Assembly (NCBI GenBank): GCA_964445485.1
Contig: CAYUPS010000002.1
Coordinates: forward strand, 102,055-166,054
Direction of reading: 5' to 3'
Source: an uncultured Methanosarcinales archaeon
GTDB taxonomy: Archaea > Nanobdellota > Nanobdellia > Woesearchaeales > ARS49
DNA length: 64,000 nt
The notes beneath the pieces are model-generated. The model had not been told where the DNA came from, did not search any database, and worked only from the letters and a program-made list of their open reading frames with translations. The translations under genes were made by a program, and so were the position numbers. Shown here piece after piece: positions 45,298 to 56,822 of this stretch (positions are counted from its first letter, which is position 1; every line of letters starts with the position of its first letter).

Positions 45298-45437
45298 TGC
45301 TCCTCCAATGCCCGCACTGCGGCAACCGGATGAAATACCAAGGCGGCAGCGGCAGTCTCGCGGGCAAGCGCAAGCAGTGCGTCTACTGCGGAAAATCCTA
45401 CTCCGTCGCCGGCCATGCAGTATCCCAAAACCTCTGA
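45294..45437 (+). CDS. Small zinc-ribbon protein (47 aa, not in ORF track)
   Basis: MMLLQCPHCGNRMKYQGGSGSLAGKRKQCVYCGKSYSVAGHAVSQNL; ATGA overlap with scpB. Confidence 0.75.
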   Translation: MMLLQCPHCGNRMKYQGGSGSLAGKRKQCVYCGKSYSVAGHAVSQNL

Positions 45438-45528
45438 ATTCGTGAGTTATAAGGCTTATAACCTCATTTTTCGACCACAATCCTTATAAACGTCCGGCCT
45501 CTTGCAATTCTCCTGGGGGACAGTTCTG

Positions 45529-48066
<2,538 letters not shown>

Positions 48067-48071
48067 AACCC

Positions 48072-49184
48072 ATGGATTTTCTCGCGCTCTGCCCCCGCGG
48101 CATAGAGGACTTCGCGGCGCAGGAAGCGTCCGAGGCGGGACTCACCGCGTCTCCCGACGTCTCCGGCGCCATATCGGGCAAGGCGGGCGATCTCCGCTCG
48201 CTGCTGTCATTCGCGTACCGCACCCGTCTGTGCAATAAGGTCGTATTGCTCCTCTCTCGCGCGGCATTCACCGAGAATCCTGTCGATGAATGCCCTCCGG
48301 ACGCAGCGATGGCCATCCCGTGGCTCGGCGAGACGTTCTCGATATCAGTCGAGCGCAGAGGCGAGCACGCATTCTCGTCGCAGGATATCGCCACGACGCT
48401 CGGCGCCATGCTCAGCGAACAGACCGGCAAGACATTCCGCTTCAAAGGCGCCAAGACCCAGCTCTTCGCGCTCGTGCACGAGACAGCATTCCTCTTCGGT
48501 GTCGACCTGTGCGGGTTCGATCTGGGCAGGAGGGACTTCCGTGTCTTCCTCCGCGCAGAATCCCTCCGAGGCACCGTCGCCGCAGGACTCCTGCGCATCG
48601 CGCAGTGGACGCCGAAGCACACGCTGCTCGACCCGTTCTGCCGCGACGGCGTCATCCCCATCGAAGCCGCGCTCATCGCCATGAACCGCTCGCCGCATTT
48701 CTACGCCAAGGAATCGTTCGCGTGGCGGTCCGTGCCGGGCATGCCGCAGCCGGATGAGGTGCTTGTCGATAAGGAACGCACCCCGGACTGCCGCATCATA
48801 TCGTCGGACGAGAACTTCTCCAACCTGAGCGCGTCCAAGCGCAACGCGACAGTCGCAGGTGTCGTGAAATCGATAGAGTTCTCCCGGCTCGATCTGGAGT
48901 GGCTCGACACGAAGCTCGAGAAAGGGACGATCGACAGAATCATCTCATACCCCTTGGAGGCCGCTCGCTCGCTCACGCCTCAGAATGTCGGAAAGATTTA
49001 CGATCTCTTCTTCGAGCGGGCGTCGTTCGTTCTCAAGAAATCAGGCACGCTCACCCTCATCGTGCGCCGCAGCGCGCAGCAGCTCAAGGACGCGGCCCAA
49101 AAGCACGGATTCTCCGTCACGCATGAGCGCACAGTCCATTCCGGCGCGGACGCGATGCCTGTGCTGGTCTTCTCGCGCAAGTAA
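48072..49184 (+). CDS. THUMP-domain RNA methyltransferase-like protein (Trm14/RlmL family, degenerate motifs)
   Basis: GEHAFSSQD, FGVDL, LDPFCRDGVIPIEAA. Confidence 0.8.
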   Translation: MDFLALCPRGIEDFAAQEASEAGLTASPDVSGAISGKAGDLRSLLSFAYRTRLCNKVVLLLSRAAFTENPVDECPPDAAMAIPWLGETFSISVERRGEHAFSSQDIATTLGAMLSEQTGKTFRFKGAKTQLFALVHETAFLFGVDLCGFDLGRRDFRVFLRAESLRGTVAAGLLRIAQWTPKHTLLDPFCRDGVIPIEAALIAMNRSPHFYAKESFAWRSVPGMPQPDEVLVDKERTPDCRIISSDENFSNLSASKRNATVAGVVKSIEFSRLDLEWLDTKLEKGTIDRIISYPLEAARSLTPQNVGKIYDLFFERASFVLKKSGTLTLIVRRSAQQLKDAAQKHGFSVTHERTVHSGADAMPVLVFSRK

Positions 49185-49216
49185 GTTTTTGAGCTGAGAC
49201 TCCCTCCGCGCTCGCC

Positions 49217-49735
49217 ATGAGCCTCAAGGACATCCTGTTCCGATCGCAGAGGAGGCACGGTCCCTACATCGTCTATTCCGACTTCATGGGGGACACTCTC
49301 ACCAGGACGCTCCTCACCGTGTTCGAGAGCGGCGGCCTCACTGAGTGTCTGCGCGGCCCCATCGTTGACTTCGGCTGCGGCAGCGGGTATTTACTCCACC
49401 GCATCCGTGCTAAGGACGCGCAAGCCATCGGCATCGACCTGCTCCCGACCCGTGCGTATGAAGATATCCAATACCTCAAACGCGACATGCGGGACACGGG
49501 CCTGCCAGGCAATTACGCATCGCTGGTGATCAGCAACAACATCGCGGATTATTTTGACACCCCGGCGGAATTTGATGCGATTTTCCGCGAAGCGGACAGG
49601 ATCCTCCAGCCCGGCGGCGTGTTCGCGCCGATGGAGTTCGAGAGCCACAAGCTCATGCGCCCGTTCTATGATGCGGGCTATCTGCGTGCAGGGCTCATGT
49701 TCTGCCGCAAACCGCACCCACAGCAACCTTTATAA
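49217..49735 (+). CDS. Class I SAM-dependent methyltransferase
   Basis: VDFGCGSG, GIDL, RILQPGG. Confidence 0.8.
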   Translation: MSLKDILFRSQRRHGPYIVYSDFMGDTLTRTLLTVFESGGLTECLRGPIVDFGCGSGYLLHRIRAKDAQAIGIDLLPTRAYEDIQYLKRDMRDTGLPGNYASLVISNNIADYFDTPAEFDAIFREADRILQPGGVFAPMEFESHKLMRPFYDAGYLRAGLMFCRKPHPQQPL

Positions 49736-49758
49736 ACGACGCGCCAGTAGGCTGCGAC

Positions 49759-50129
49759 GGGTTGGGAGGGCACGTAGCCGACGGTGCCGAAAGGCGCTGA
49801 GGAAAGTCTGCCCACCCGAATGCGGCTCACACCGCAGGAAGCAGCCACTCGCTGTGAAGGCGAGCGTCAGTGATGGCGGGCTCCATCACAGAAACGAGAC
49901 CGCTCCCAGGGAGGATGAAGGCGCTGAAGGGATTGGCGACAATCCCGAGACCGACGGCCGGACGTTCCTGGAAGAATGGATGAAACGGATAGCCCTGGCT
50001 GGTGCAAGGCCTTGCGAGGCCGCTCAGTCGAATGCTACGACAGCCCGTCCCTGGCCGTCAATCCGGCCACTGCCGAAACAAGATCGGCATCAGGGGGCTG
50101 ACACAAGGCAGCTTACGCCCGCCCAACCC
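49759..50129 (+). ncRNA. rnpB: RNase P RNA
   Basis: P1 GGGTTGGG/CCCAACCC; GAGGAAAGTCTGCC; ACAGAAAC; TGAAAC; GGTGCAAG; ACAAGGCAGCTTA; TATA at 49725-49736. Confidence 0.93.
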
Positions 50130-50158
50130 ACCTTACATTCAGACGAGGTACACAACAA

Positions 50159-50335
50159 ATGGCCCGCAATGACCGCGTGCAGATGCCGACGTCCACCGCC
50201 GGCCTGACCCGCTATTTCGAGGACTACCGCAGCGCGTTCGAGTTCAAACCAGGCCACGTCGTGGTCATGGGCATCATCGTCGCGCTTGTCACCCTCATGC
50301 TCCACCAGTTCGGCCATTCCTGGTTCGGCTTCTGA
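50159..50335 (+). CDS. secG: Preprotein translocase Sec61-beta (58 aa, not in ORF track)
   Basis: MARNDRVQMPTSTAGLTRYFED...KPGHVV plus TM. Confidence 0.9.
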   Translation: MARNDRVQMPTSTAGLTRYFEDYRSAFEFKPGHVVVMGIIVALVTLMLHQFGHSWFGF

Positions 50336-50339
50336 GACG

Positions 50340-50681
50340 ATGATCCCCGGCATCAATCCGCGCGAACTGCAGAAGATGATGAAGAAGATGGGCGTCGCCG
50401 AAGAGGCGCTGCCCGCTGAAGAGGTCATCATCCGCCTGCCTGACAAGGACTTGGTCTTCGCTTCTCCTTCCGTCACGCGCGTGAAGATGATGGGGCAGGA
50501 ATCCTACCAGATCCAGGGCGAGCCGGAAGAGCGCGCGCGCAACGCCGTGCCAGAGATATCCGATGACGACGTGAAAACCGTCGTCGAACAGACCGGCGCG
50601 TCCGCTGAAGCCGCGCGCAAGGCGATCATGGACGCCGACGGCGACCTCGCCGCCGCGATCCTCGCGCTCAATGGCGAATGA
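50340..50681 (+). CDS. nac: Nascent polypeptide-associated complex (aNAC)
   Basis: NPRELQKMMKKMG, YQIQG, UBA-like GDLAAAI. Confidence 0.93.
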   Translation: MIPGINPRELQKMMKKMGVAEEALPAEEVIIRLPDKDLVFASPSVTRVKMMGQESYQIQGEPEERARNAVPEISDDDVKTVVEQTGASAEAARKAIMDADGDLAAAILALNGE

Positions 50682-50731
50682 CTCGGTATATCTTTATATA
50701 GAGCAGATGCATTACTCAATAGAACCTTCCG

Positions 50732-51193
50732 ATGCTCCTTGAAGCCGTTGATAATGCCAGGGAAGAGCTGAAGCGCTCTGACCACCTTATCTATGTCAGC
50801 CTGAAGTACACGCGCACCGCTGACGTACTCAAAAGCATCATCGAGCGTCTCATCAATGCGTTCAACTTCGGCTGCGAAGCGCTCCTCGAGAAAGCCAAGC
50901 AGGAGAGCAGGGTTTCCAGCGTGCCGCCGATGCCCCTGCCGCGCATCGAGCTCGTGCGCAAGGCGTTCCCCGACAAGAAGATCCAGGATTTCATGGAATT
51001 CTATCTGCTCCTGCGCAAGATCGACAAGGCCAAATTCACGCGCACGCAGGAATACCGGCGCCACGTGAGCATGGTCGCTTCGGTCGACAATGCGCAGATC
51101 GAGATCACGATCGATATCATCAGCGATTATTTCGAGCGGGCGAAGGATTTCATCCGTCTCGTCGAGCAAGTGACGGGGGGCGGCGCGGAATGA
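50732..51193 (+). CDS. Hypothetical protein
   Basis: EELKRSDHLIYVSLKYTRT, EYRRHV; TATA upstream. Confidence 0.75.
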   Translation: MLLEAVDNAREELKRSDHLIYVSLKYTRTADVLKSIIERLINAFNFGCEALLEKAKQESRVSSVPPMPLPRIELVRKAFPDKKIQDFMEFYLLLRKIDKAKFTRTQEYRRHVSMVASVDNAQIEITIDIISDYFERAKDFIRLVEQVTGGGAE

Positions 51194-51708
51194 TGAGCCA
51201 GATCCAGACCAAGCTCGCCCAGCAGGGCTGGAGCAAGCGCGAGATCCTCGCGGCGTCACGCATCCTCGCCCGCGGCGAAGCGCACAAGACGCCAACCATA
51301 CGATTCTTCGACAGGTTCGTGTGGTGGTCCGTCCTCCTCGTCGCGCTCTTTGGCAATTTCTTCCTCGCCGCGATCCTCGTGCCGTTCCTGCTCCTCATGG
51401 AGGGTACATCGCTGTATATCGCGCTCGTGCTGTTCGGCGCGTCGTTCGGCGCGCTCGTGCATGTCCTGGTCAAGATGGTCGAAGAGCGGGGCAAGCAGCC
51501 GATCATCGAGTACGTGTTCCTGCCCGCTGTCGCGCTCATCACCATCTATATGGTCGCATATCTCTCGAACCAATTCGCCATCGCGCTCGGAATGGTGCGC
51601 AGCATCCACGAGCCGACGCTTGTTGCGCTCACGTACTCCGTCGCGTTCATGCTGCCGTACCTGGCCGATCGCGTGCTGTCTGCGAAACGCGGCGCTGGCT
51701 TTATATAG
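51190..51708 (+). CDS. Hypothetical membrane protein (about 4 TM)
   Basis: Hydrophobic segments; ATGA overlap with the upstream gene. Confidence 0.75.
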   Translation: MMSQIQTKLAQQGWSKREILAASRILARGEAHKTPTIRFFDRFVWWSVLLVALFGNFFLAAILVPFLLLMEGTSLYIALVLFGASFGALVHVLVKMVEERGKQPIIEYVFLPAVALITIYMVAYLSNQFAIALGMVRSIHEPTLVALTYSVAFMLPYLADRVLSAKRGAGFI

Positions 51709-51735
51709 CACGCACTGTTCTGCTCGTTCCTACCT

Positions 51736-51807
51736 GGTGCCTATGGCGTAGTGGTAGCGTACAGGCCTGTGGAGCCTGTGGTCCGGGTTCGATTCCCGGT
51801 AGGCGCC
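51736..51807 (+). tRNA. tRNA-His(GTG), G-1 encoded
   Basis: G-GTGCCTA/TAGGCGC-C; CAGGC-CTGTGGA-GCCTG. Confidence 0.95.
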
Positions 51808-51863
51808 CTCTCTTCTCCCGACGACACGAACCTTTATAAATCGAGGGCAGTTCTCTCGCCCAC

Positions 51864-51926
51864 CGAGCCCGAGTCCCGTCGAGGGGCGATGGAGGGTTTG
51901 AGCGAAACTCTCAAATTCTCGGCTCG
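51864..51926 (+). promoter_or_regulatory. Structured 5' leader of the uS13 operon (candidate r-leader)
   Basis: Three-way junction starting about 24 nt after the TATA at 51829-51840. Confidence 0.55.
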
Positions 51927-51938
51927 CCACACACAACA

Positions 51939-52442
51939 ATGGCAGAGAAACAGGCACCGCCGCAACCGAACATCAAGCACCTTGTCCGCATCGCGAACAC
52001 GGATATGGACGGCAAGAAACAGGTGCTCTACGCCCTGAGCAAGATCAAGGGCATCGGCATCATGTACGCCAACGCAGTCTGCCGCGTCGCCAAAATCGAC
52101 CCGCGCGCGATCATCGGCGCACTCTCTGACGAACAGGTCAAGCACATCGCGACAGTCATCTCGCAGCCGTCACAGCACGGACTGCCTCCCTGGATGTTCA
52201 ACCGCCGCTACGACCGCGAAACAGGCGCCGACGGCCACCTCCTCGGCACCGACCTCTCTCTCGCCGTCGATAACGACATCAAGATCATGAAGAAGATCAA
52301 GTGCTGGAAGGGCGTCCGCCACAGCCTCGGACAACCTGTCCGCGGCCAGAGGACCCGCAGCAACACCCGCCGCAACAAGGGCAAGGTGCAGCTCGGCGTC
52401 ACCTCCAGCAAAGCCGCCCCCAAGGAAGAGGGCAAGAAGTAG
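51939..52442 (+). CDS. rps13: 30S ribosomal protein uS13
   Basis: VRIANTD, IKGIG, PVRGQRTRS. Confidence 0.97.
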   Translation: MAEKQAPPQPNIKHLVRIANTDMDGKKQVLYALSKIKGIGIMYANAVCRVAKIDPRAIIGALSDEQVKHIATVISQPSQHGLPPWMFNRRYDRETGADGHLLGTDLSLAVDNDIKIMKKIKCWKGVRHSLGQPVRGQRTRSNTRRNKGKVQLGVTSSKAAPKEEGKK

Positions 52443-52451
52443 CGAGGCACC

Positions 52452-53057
52452 ATGGGCGATCCACGAAAATTCCGAAGTTACTGGTCGAGACCCGCGCACC
52501 CTTGGCAGCGCGCCCGCATCGACGAAGAGAAAGTCCTCGTCACCGAGTTCGGCCTCAAGAACCGCACCGAGATCTGGAAGATCAAGAGCAAGCTCAAGAA
52601 CTTCAGCGACCAGGCCAAATCCCTCATCGCGCGTTCCGGCCCGCAGATCGACGCCGAGCGCAAGCAGCTCCTCGCCCGCCTCTCGCGCCTCGGCCTCATC
52701 ACAGTCGATTCCAAGCTCGACACCGTCCTCGGCCTGTCGTTCCGCGACATCGCATCGCGCAGGCTGCAGAACCTCGTCGTCAAGCGCGGCATCGCCCGCA
52801 CACTCAAACAGGCACGCCAGATGATCACGCACCGCCACATCACGCTCGGCGGCCGCATGATGACATCGCCCGGCTATCTCGTCAGCCTCGCCGAAGAGGC
52901 CCAGATCGCGTACGCTCCCACATCCAGCTTCAACAAGGAAGACCACCCCGAGAGGACTGTGGTCAAGACCGCGAAGCCCAAGCGCGCTCCGCGCCAGGAA
53001 GACTCCCGCGGCTTCCGCCGAGGCAACTTCCGCCGCCGTGGAGGTGACCGCCGATGA
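52452..53057 (+). CDS. rps4: 30S ribosomal protein uS4
   Basis: [24 protein letters not shown]. Confidence 0.96.
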   Translation: MGDPRKFRSYWSRPAHPWQRARIDEEKVLVTEFGLKNRTEIWKIKSKLKNFSDQAKSLIARSGPQIDAERKQLLARLSRLGLITVDSKLDTVLGLSFRDIASRRLQNLVVKRGIARTLKQARQMITHRHITLGGRMMTSPGYLVSLAEEAQIAYAPTSSFNKEDHPERTVVKTAKPKRAPRQEDSRGFRRGNFRRRGGDRR

Positions 53058-53452
53058 GCGAACGAGGAATCCGCTGGGGCGTCTGCCACATCTACGCTTC
53101 CTACAATGACACGATCATCCACGTGACCGACATCACCGGCAACGAGACCATCGCCATCGCATCCGGCGGCCAGATGGTCAAGGCCGACCGCCTCGAAGGC
53201 AGTCCGACAGCCGCGATGCTCGCCGCAAAGAAAGCGGCAGAGATCGCGATGGACAAAGGCATCGAAGGCATCCACGTGCGCGTCCGCGCCCCCGGCGGCC
53301 ACAACGGCCCGAGCAACCCCGGCAGCGGCGCGCAGCCGGCCATCCGCGCAATGTCCCGCATGGGCCTGAAGATCGGCCTCATCGAGGACGTCACTCCCAT
53401 TCCGCACGGCGGCTGCCGCAAGAAGGGCGGCCGCAGAGGCAGGAGAGTATGA
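53054..53452 (+). CDS. rps11: 30S ribosomal protein uS11
   Basis: [28 protein letters not shown]. Confidence 0.97.
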   Translation: MSERGIRWGVCHIYASYNDTIIHVTDITGNETIAIASGGQMVKADRLEGSPTAAMLAAKKAAEIAMDKGIEGIHVRVRAPGGHNGPSNPGSGAQPAIRAMSRMGLKIGLIEDVTPIPHGGCRKKGGRRGRRV

Positions 53453-54240
53453 GCAGCTTCGAGTACCTGGGCAAGAACGGCAAGAACGGCCGCATCACTT
53501 TCCTGCTCAAGGACTCCACGCCCGCCTTCGCAAACGCGATCAGGCGCCTGTGCATCGAGAGCGTGCCCAGCATGGCGATCGAGAGCGTCGAATTCAAGGA
53601 CAACAGCTCGGCGCTCTACGACGAGATCATCGCGCACCGCCTCGGCCTCATCCCACTCACCACCGACCTGCAGGGCTATGTCCTCCCGTCCGAGTGCAAG
53701 TGCAACGGCGAAGGCTGCGCCAAGTGCACAATCAAGCTCACGCTCAAATCAAAGGGCCCCGGCGTCGTGTACGCCTCGGCAATGAAGAGCAAGGATCCCG
53801 CCATCAAGCCGGCCCAGCCCGAGATGCCGATCGTCAAACTGCTCAAAGGCCAGGAGCTCGAGTTCGAGGCGACCGCAGTCCTCGGCACAGGCATGGAGCA
53901 TGCCAAATGGAGCCCCTGCCTCGCGTACTATTCCTACAAGGCGAGCGCGATCGTCAACAACGACCACCCGCAGTTCGCCGAGTTCAAGGACAAGTACCCG
54001 CCGCAGGTCTTCAAGGACGGCAAGATCGACAAGAAGAAGATCGAGGAGCTCAACCTCTTCGATGCGTGCGACGGCGTCAATGAGGAGATTGTCAAGATCG
54101 AGTACGACCCCACGACGTTCGTCTTCAGCATCGAGCCCTGGGGACAGCTCTCCCCGCAGGAGATCCTCAAGACAGCGCTCACGCTGTTCAGCGACAGGCT
54201 CGACCAGCTGAACACCAAACTGAGCGGCAAGGAGGACTAA
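53449..54240 (+). CDS. rpoD: RNA polymerase subunit D (Rpo3)
   Basis: [22 protein letters not shown]. Confidence 0.96.
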   Translation: MSSFEYLGKNGKNGRITFLLKDSTPAFANAIRRLCIESVPSMAIESVEFKDNSSALYDEIIAHRLGLIPLTTDLQGYVLPSECKCNGEGCAKCTIKLTLKSKGPGVVYASAMKSKDPAIKPAQPEMPIVKLLKGQELEFEATAVLGTGMEHAKWSPCLAYYSYKASAIVNNDHPQFAEFKDKYPPQVFKDGKIDKKKIEELNLFDACDGVNEEIVKIEYDPTTFVFSIEPWGQLSPQEILKTALTLFSDRLDQLNTKLSGKED

Positions 54241-54250
54241 TAATGACCAC

Positions 54251-54334
54251 GCGAGGGTGCCAGAGCGGCCAAATGGGCACGGTTGAGGGCCGTGTGGCTT
54301 AGTGCCTTCGAGGGTTCGAATCCCTTCCCTCGCA
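54251..54334 (+). tRNA. tRNA-Leu(GAG)
   Basis: GCGAGGG/CCCTCGC; CACGG-TTGAGGG-CCGTG; long variable arm. Confidence 0.95.
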
Positions 54335-54351
54335 TCGAGAAGTGAACGAAT

Positions 54352-54711
54352 ATGCCAACAAGAACCGGACCGGAAAACGAGAACCTCAAACAGCTCATCC
54401 TTGAGCTGCGCAAGCTCTCGGCGACAAGCAAGGCAGGCCTGTGGTCTCGCCTCGCCGACGACCTCTCGGCCCCCACCCGCTCGCGCAGGGAAGTCAACCT
54501 CTCTCTGCTCGATCGCGAGACCAAGCCGAGCGAAGTCATCGTCGTCCCGGGCAAAGTCCTCGGTGCCGGCCGCATCGGCCACGACCTGACAGTCGCTGCG
54601 TGGTCCTTCTCTTCCAGCGCCCGCAAGAGCATCATGGACGCGAAGGGCAAATGCATCACCATCAACGAGCTCGTCAAGCACGCGCCGAAGAACATCAGAA
54701 TCATCGGGTGA
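54352..54711 (+). CDS. rpl18e: 50S ribosomal protein eL18
   Basis: RREVNL, VVPGKVLG. Confidence 0.95.
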   Translation: MPTRTGPENENLKQLILELRKLSATSKAGLWSRLADDLSAPTRSRREVNLSLLDRETKPSEVIVVPGKVLGAGRIGHDLTVAAWSFSSSARKSIMDAKGKCITINELVKHAPKNIRIIG

Positions 54712-54719
54712 CACTCATC

Positions 54720-55148
54720 ATGGCAGAAATACACATCGACGCGAAAGGGGCCATCCTCGGGCGTATCGGCACGTCCGCGGCCAAGCTCGCCCTGCAGGGC
54801 CACACGGTCAAGATCTTCAACTGCGAAGACGCCATCATCAGCGGCAACCCCCGCCATGTGCGCGAGCACTACTGGCGCAAGCGCGTCGACCTCGGCCAGC
54901 CCCAGCGCGGCCCCTACTACTCCCGCATGCCTGACCGGTTCTTCCGCAGGCTCATCCGCGGCATGTTCCCGATGAACGGCACGCGCGGCCGCGAGGCATA
55001 CGCCCGCGTCATGTGCTACCGCGGCATCCCCACGGAGTTCAAGGATGCCAAGCCCAAGCACTTCGAGGAAGCGAGCGCATCCAAGCTCCGCACCATGAAG
55101 TGGGTCCGCGTCGGCGACCTGTGCAAGTCCCTCGGAGGTAAGGCATGA
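54720..55148 (+). CDS. rpl13: 50S ribosomal protein uL13
   Basis: IDAKGAILGR, GP, RLIRGM. Confidence 0.95.
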   Translation: MAEIHIDAKGAILGRIGTSAAKLALQGHTVKIFNCEDAIISGNPRHVREHYWRKRVDLGQPQRGPYYSRMPDRFFRRLIRGMFPMNGTRGREAYARVMCYRGIPTEFKDAKPKHFEEASASKLRTMKWVRVGDLCKSLGGKA

Positions 55149-55540
55149 AAGTCATCAACACATCCGGCACGCGCAAATGCGCGATCGCCCGCGCCACGCT
55201 GCGCCCCGGCAACGGCCTCGTGCGCATCAACAGCACGCTCCTCCGTTTCTACGAGCCTGCGATGAGCCGCGCGCTCATCGAAGAGCCGCTCATCCTCGCC
55301 GGAGACTCCGCCAAGCAGGTCGACATCTCCGTCCGCGTCAGCGGCGGCGGCCCGTCCGGCCAGGCCCAGGCGGCGCGTCTCGCGATCTCCAAGGCGCTCG
55401 CGGGCTTCGACAAGAGGCTCCAGCGGGTGTTCCTCGACTATGACCGTAATATGCTCGTCGCGGATGTGCGCCTCAAGGAGACGCGCAAGCCCAACACGCA
55501 CGGCAAAGCGCGCAGCAAGCGCCAGAAGTCCTACAGGTGA
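55145..55540 (+). CDS. rps9: 30S ribosomal protein uS9
   Basis: GTRKCAIARA, GGG..GQA, QKSYR. Confidence 0.97.
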   Translation: MKVINTSGTRKCAIARATLRPGNGLVRINSTLLRFYEPAMSRALIEEPLILAGDSAKQVDISVRVSGGGPSGQAQAARLAISKALAGFDKRLQRVFLDYDRNMLVADVRLKETRKPNTHGKARSKRQKSYR

Positions 55541-55547
55541 GCACAAC

Positions 55548-55748
55548 ATGATCATCCCCATCCGTTGCTGGACATGCGGCAAACCGATCGGCCAGCACTG
55601 GGAAGAGTACAAGGAGCGTACGGGCAAGAAGGGCGAGGACGCCAAGAAAGTCCTTGACGAGCTCGGCTGCGACCGCTACTGCTGCCGCGCCATGCTCCTC
55701 GGCCATGTCGACCTCATCGATACTGTCGGCTCGTTCCGCAAGTTCTGA
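55548..55748 (+). CDS. rpoN: RNA polymerase subunit N (Rpo10)
   Basis: MIIPIRCWTCGK, RYCCR. Confidence 0.96.
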   Translation: MIIPIRCWTCGKPIGQHWEEYKERTGKKGEDAKKVLDELGCDRYCCRAMLLGHVDLIDTVGSFRKF

Positions 55749-55767
55749 TTTTCATTCGCCTTTTTTT
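55749..55767 (+). terminator. Oligo-T terminator after rpoN
   Basis: TTTTCATTCGCCTTTTTTT. Confidence 0.55.
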
Positions 55768-55843
55768 CCCTGGGCAAAAATCTTAAATAGTCGAAGCGTC
55801 GGCGCTTCCTGTATCGCCGCCACGGCGGTGACTGGGGGACGCA

Positions 55844-56785
55844 ATGACTGGGAAGACATTCATCTTCGATCTCGACGACACACTGCGCTGGACCAGCTGG
55901 GACTATTCATGGGCCAATGCGGCATTCTACAAGCTCCTCTATGAGGAATTGCGCCATAACGTGCCGTACATCACGCACCTCGCGCACTGGCACCAGGAGA
56001 TCGATCACAAGCTCGCCAAGCTCAAGGGTCTCACCCCCGAGCGTTTCCTCGACTCGCTCGAGGACACGTACAAGGCGTGCTGCGAGAAGTTCGGCGTCAG
56101 GCCGACGAAAGCCGCGGCGCACAGGATGCGCATGTGCGGGAAGCAGATCTTCGATGCGGACAGGTACGCCGCCGAAGGTCTCGTCGACGGCGCTGAGGAG
56201 ATGCTCGATTTCCTCAACGCGAAAGGCGACGCGCTGTATCTTGTCACGCGCGGCGTGCAGAAAGAGCAGACCAAGAAGATCAAGGCCACCGGCCTCGATG
56301 AGGTGTTCCCTGACGACCGCATCTTCATCGTCGATGACGTCCCGCCGCTCAAGCAGCCGTACTTCAGGCGCATACTCGAGGGGAAGGACGCCGCCTCATG
56401 CTACTCTGTGGGCGACGGAATGGATTCTGACGTCAACGAGGCGACAGAGCTCGGCATGTGGGGCTTGCACATCCCCAACCATGCGGGCACGTGGATATAC
56501 GACCAGGAGATCAGCGGCGTCGACAAGCGCGTGCAGATCACGCGCACCTACCTGCCGGCGCTCGAGCGGATCAGTACGTCGCTCGCCTGCAGCTGCCTCT
56601 CTTCCGACGAGCGATCATCTCTGGAGAAGTATGTCGAGGAGTTCAAGAAGCTCGACTCCGCCAAGGAGATAACGCCGGGCCCCGAGGCGTACGCGCGCAG
56701 GGCCAAGGGTGTCGCATGGTTCCCCGAACGGACCAAGACGCTGCAGTCGGTCAAGGATATCGTCGCGCAGTATGACTCGCTCTAG
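55844..56785 (+). CDS. HAD-superfamily hydrolase with C-terminal extension
   Basis: FDLDDTL, VTRG, K, GDGMDSD. Confidence 0.85.
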   Translation: MTGKTFIFDLDDTLRWTSWDYSWANAAFYKLLYEELRHNVPYITHLAHWHQEIDHKLAKLKGLTPERFLDSLEDTYKACCEKFGVRPTKAAAHRMRMCGKQIFDADRYAAEGLVDGAEEMLDFLNAKGDALYLVTRGVQKEQTKKIKATGLDEVFPDDRIFIVDDVPPLKQPYFRRILEGKDAASCYSVGDGMDSDVNEATELGMWGLHIPNHAGTWIYDQEISGVDKRVQITRTYLPALERISTSLACSCLSSDERSSLEKYVEEFKKLDSAKEITPGPEAYARRAKGVAWFPERTKTLQSVKDIVAQYDSL

Positions 56786-56822
56786 GCGCACTTTTTTATA
56801 TCTTCTTTCCATCCGTCCCCGC

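Noticed and set aside
49554..50207. 217-aa ORF over the intergenic region
   Set aside because: The region is explained by RNase P RNA and Sec61-beta.
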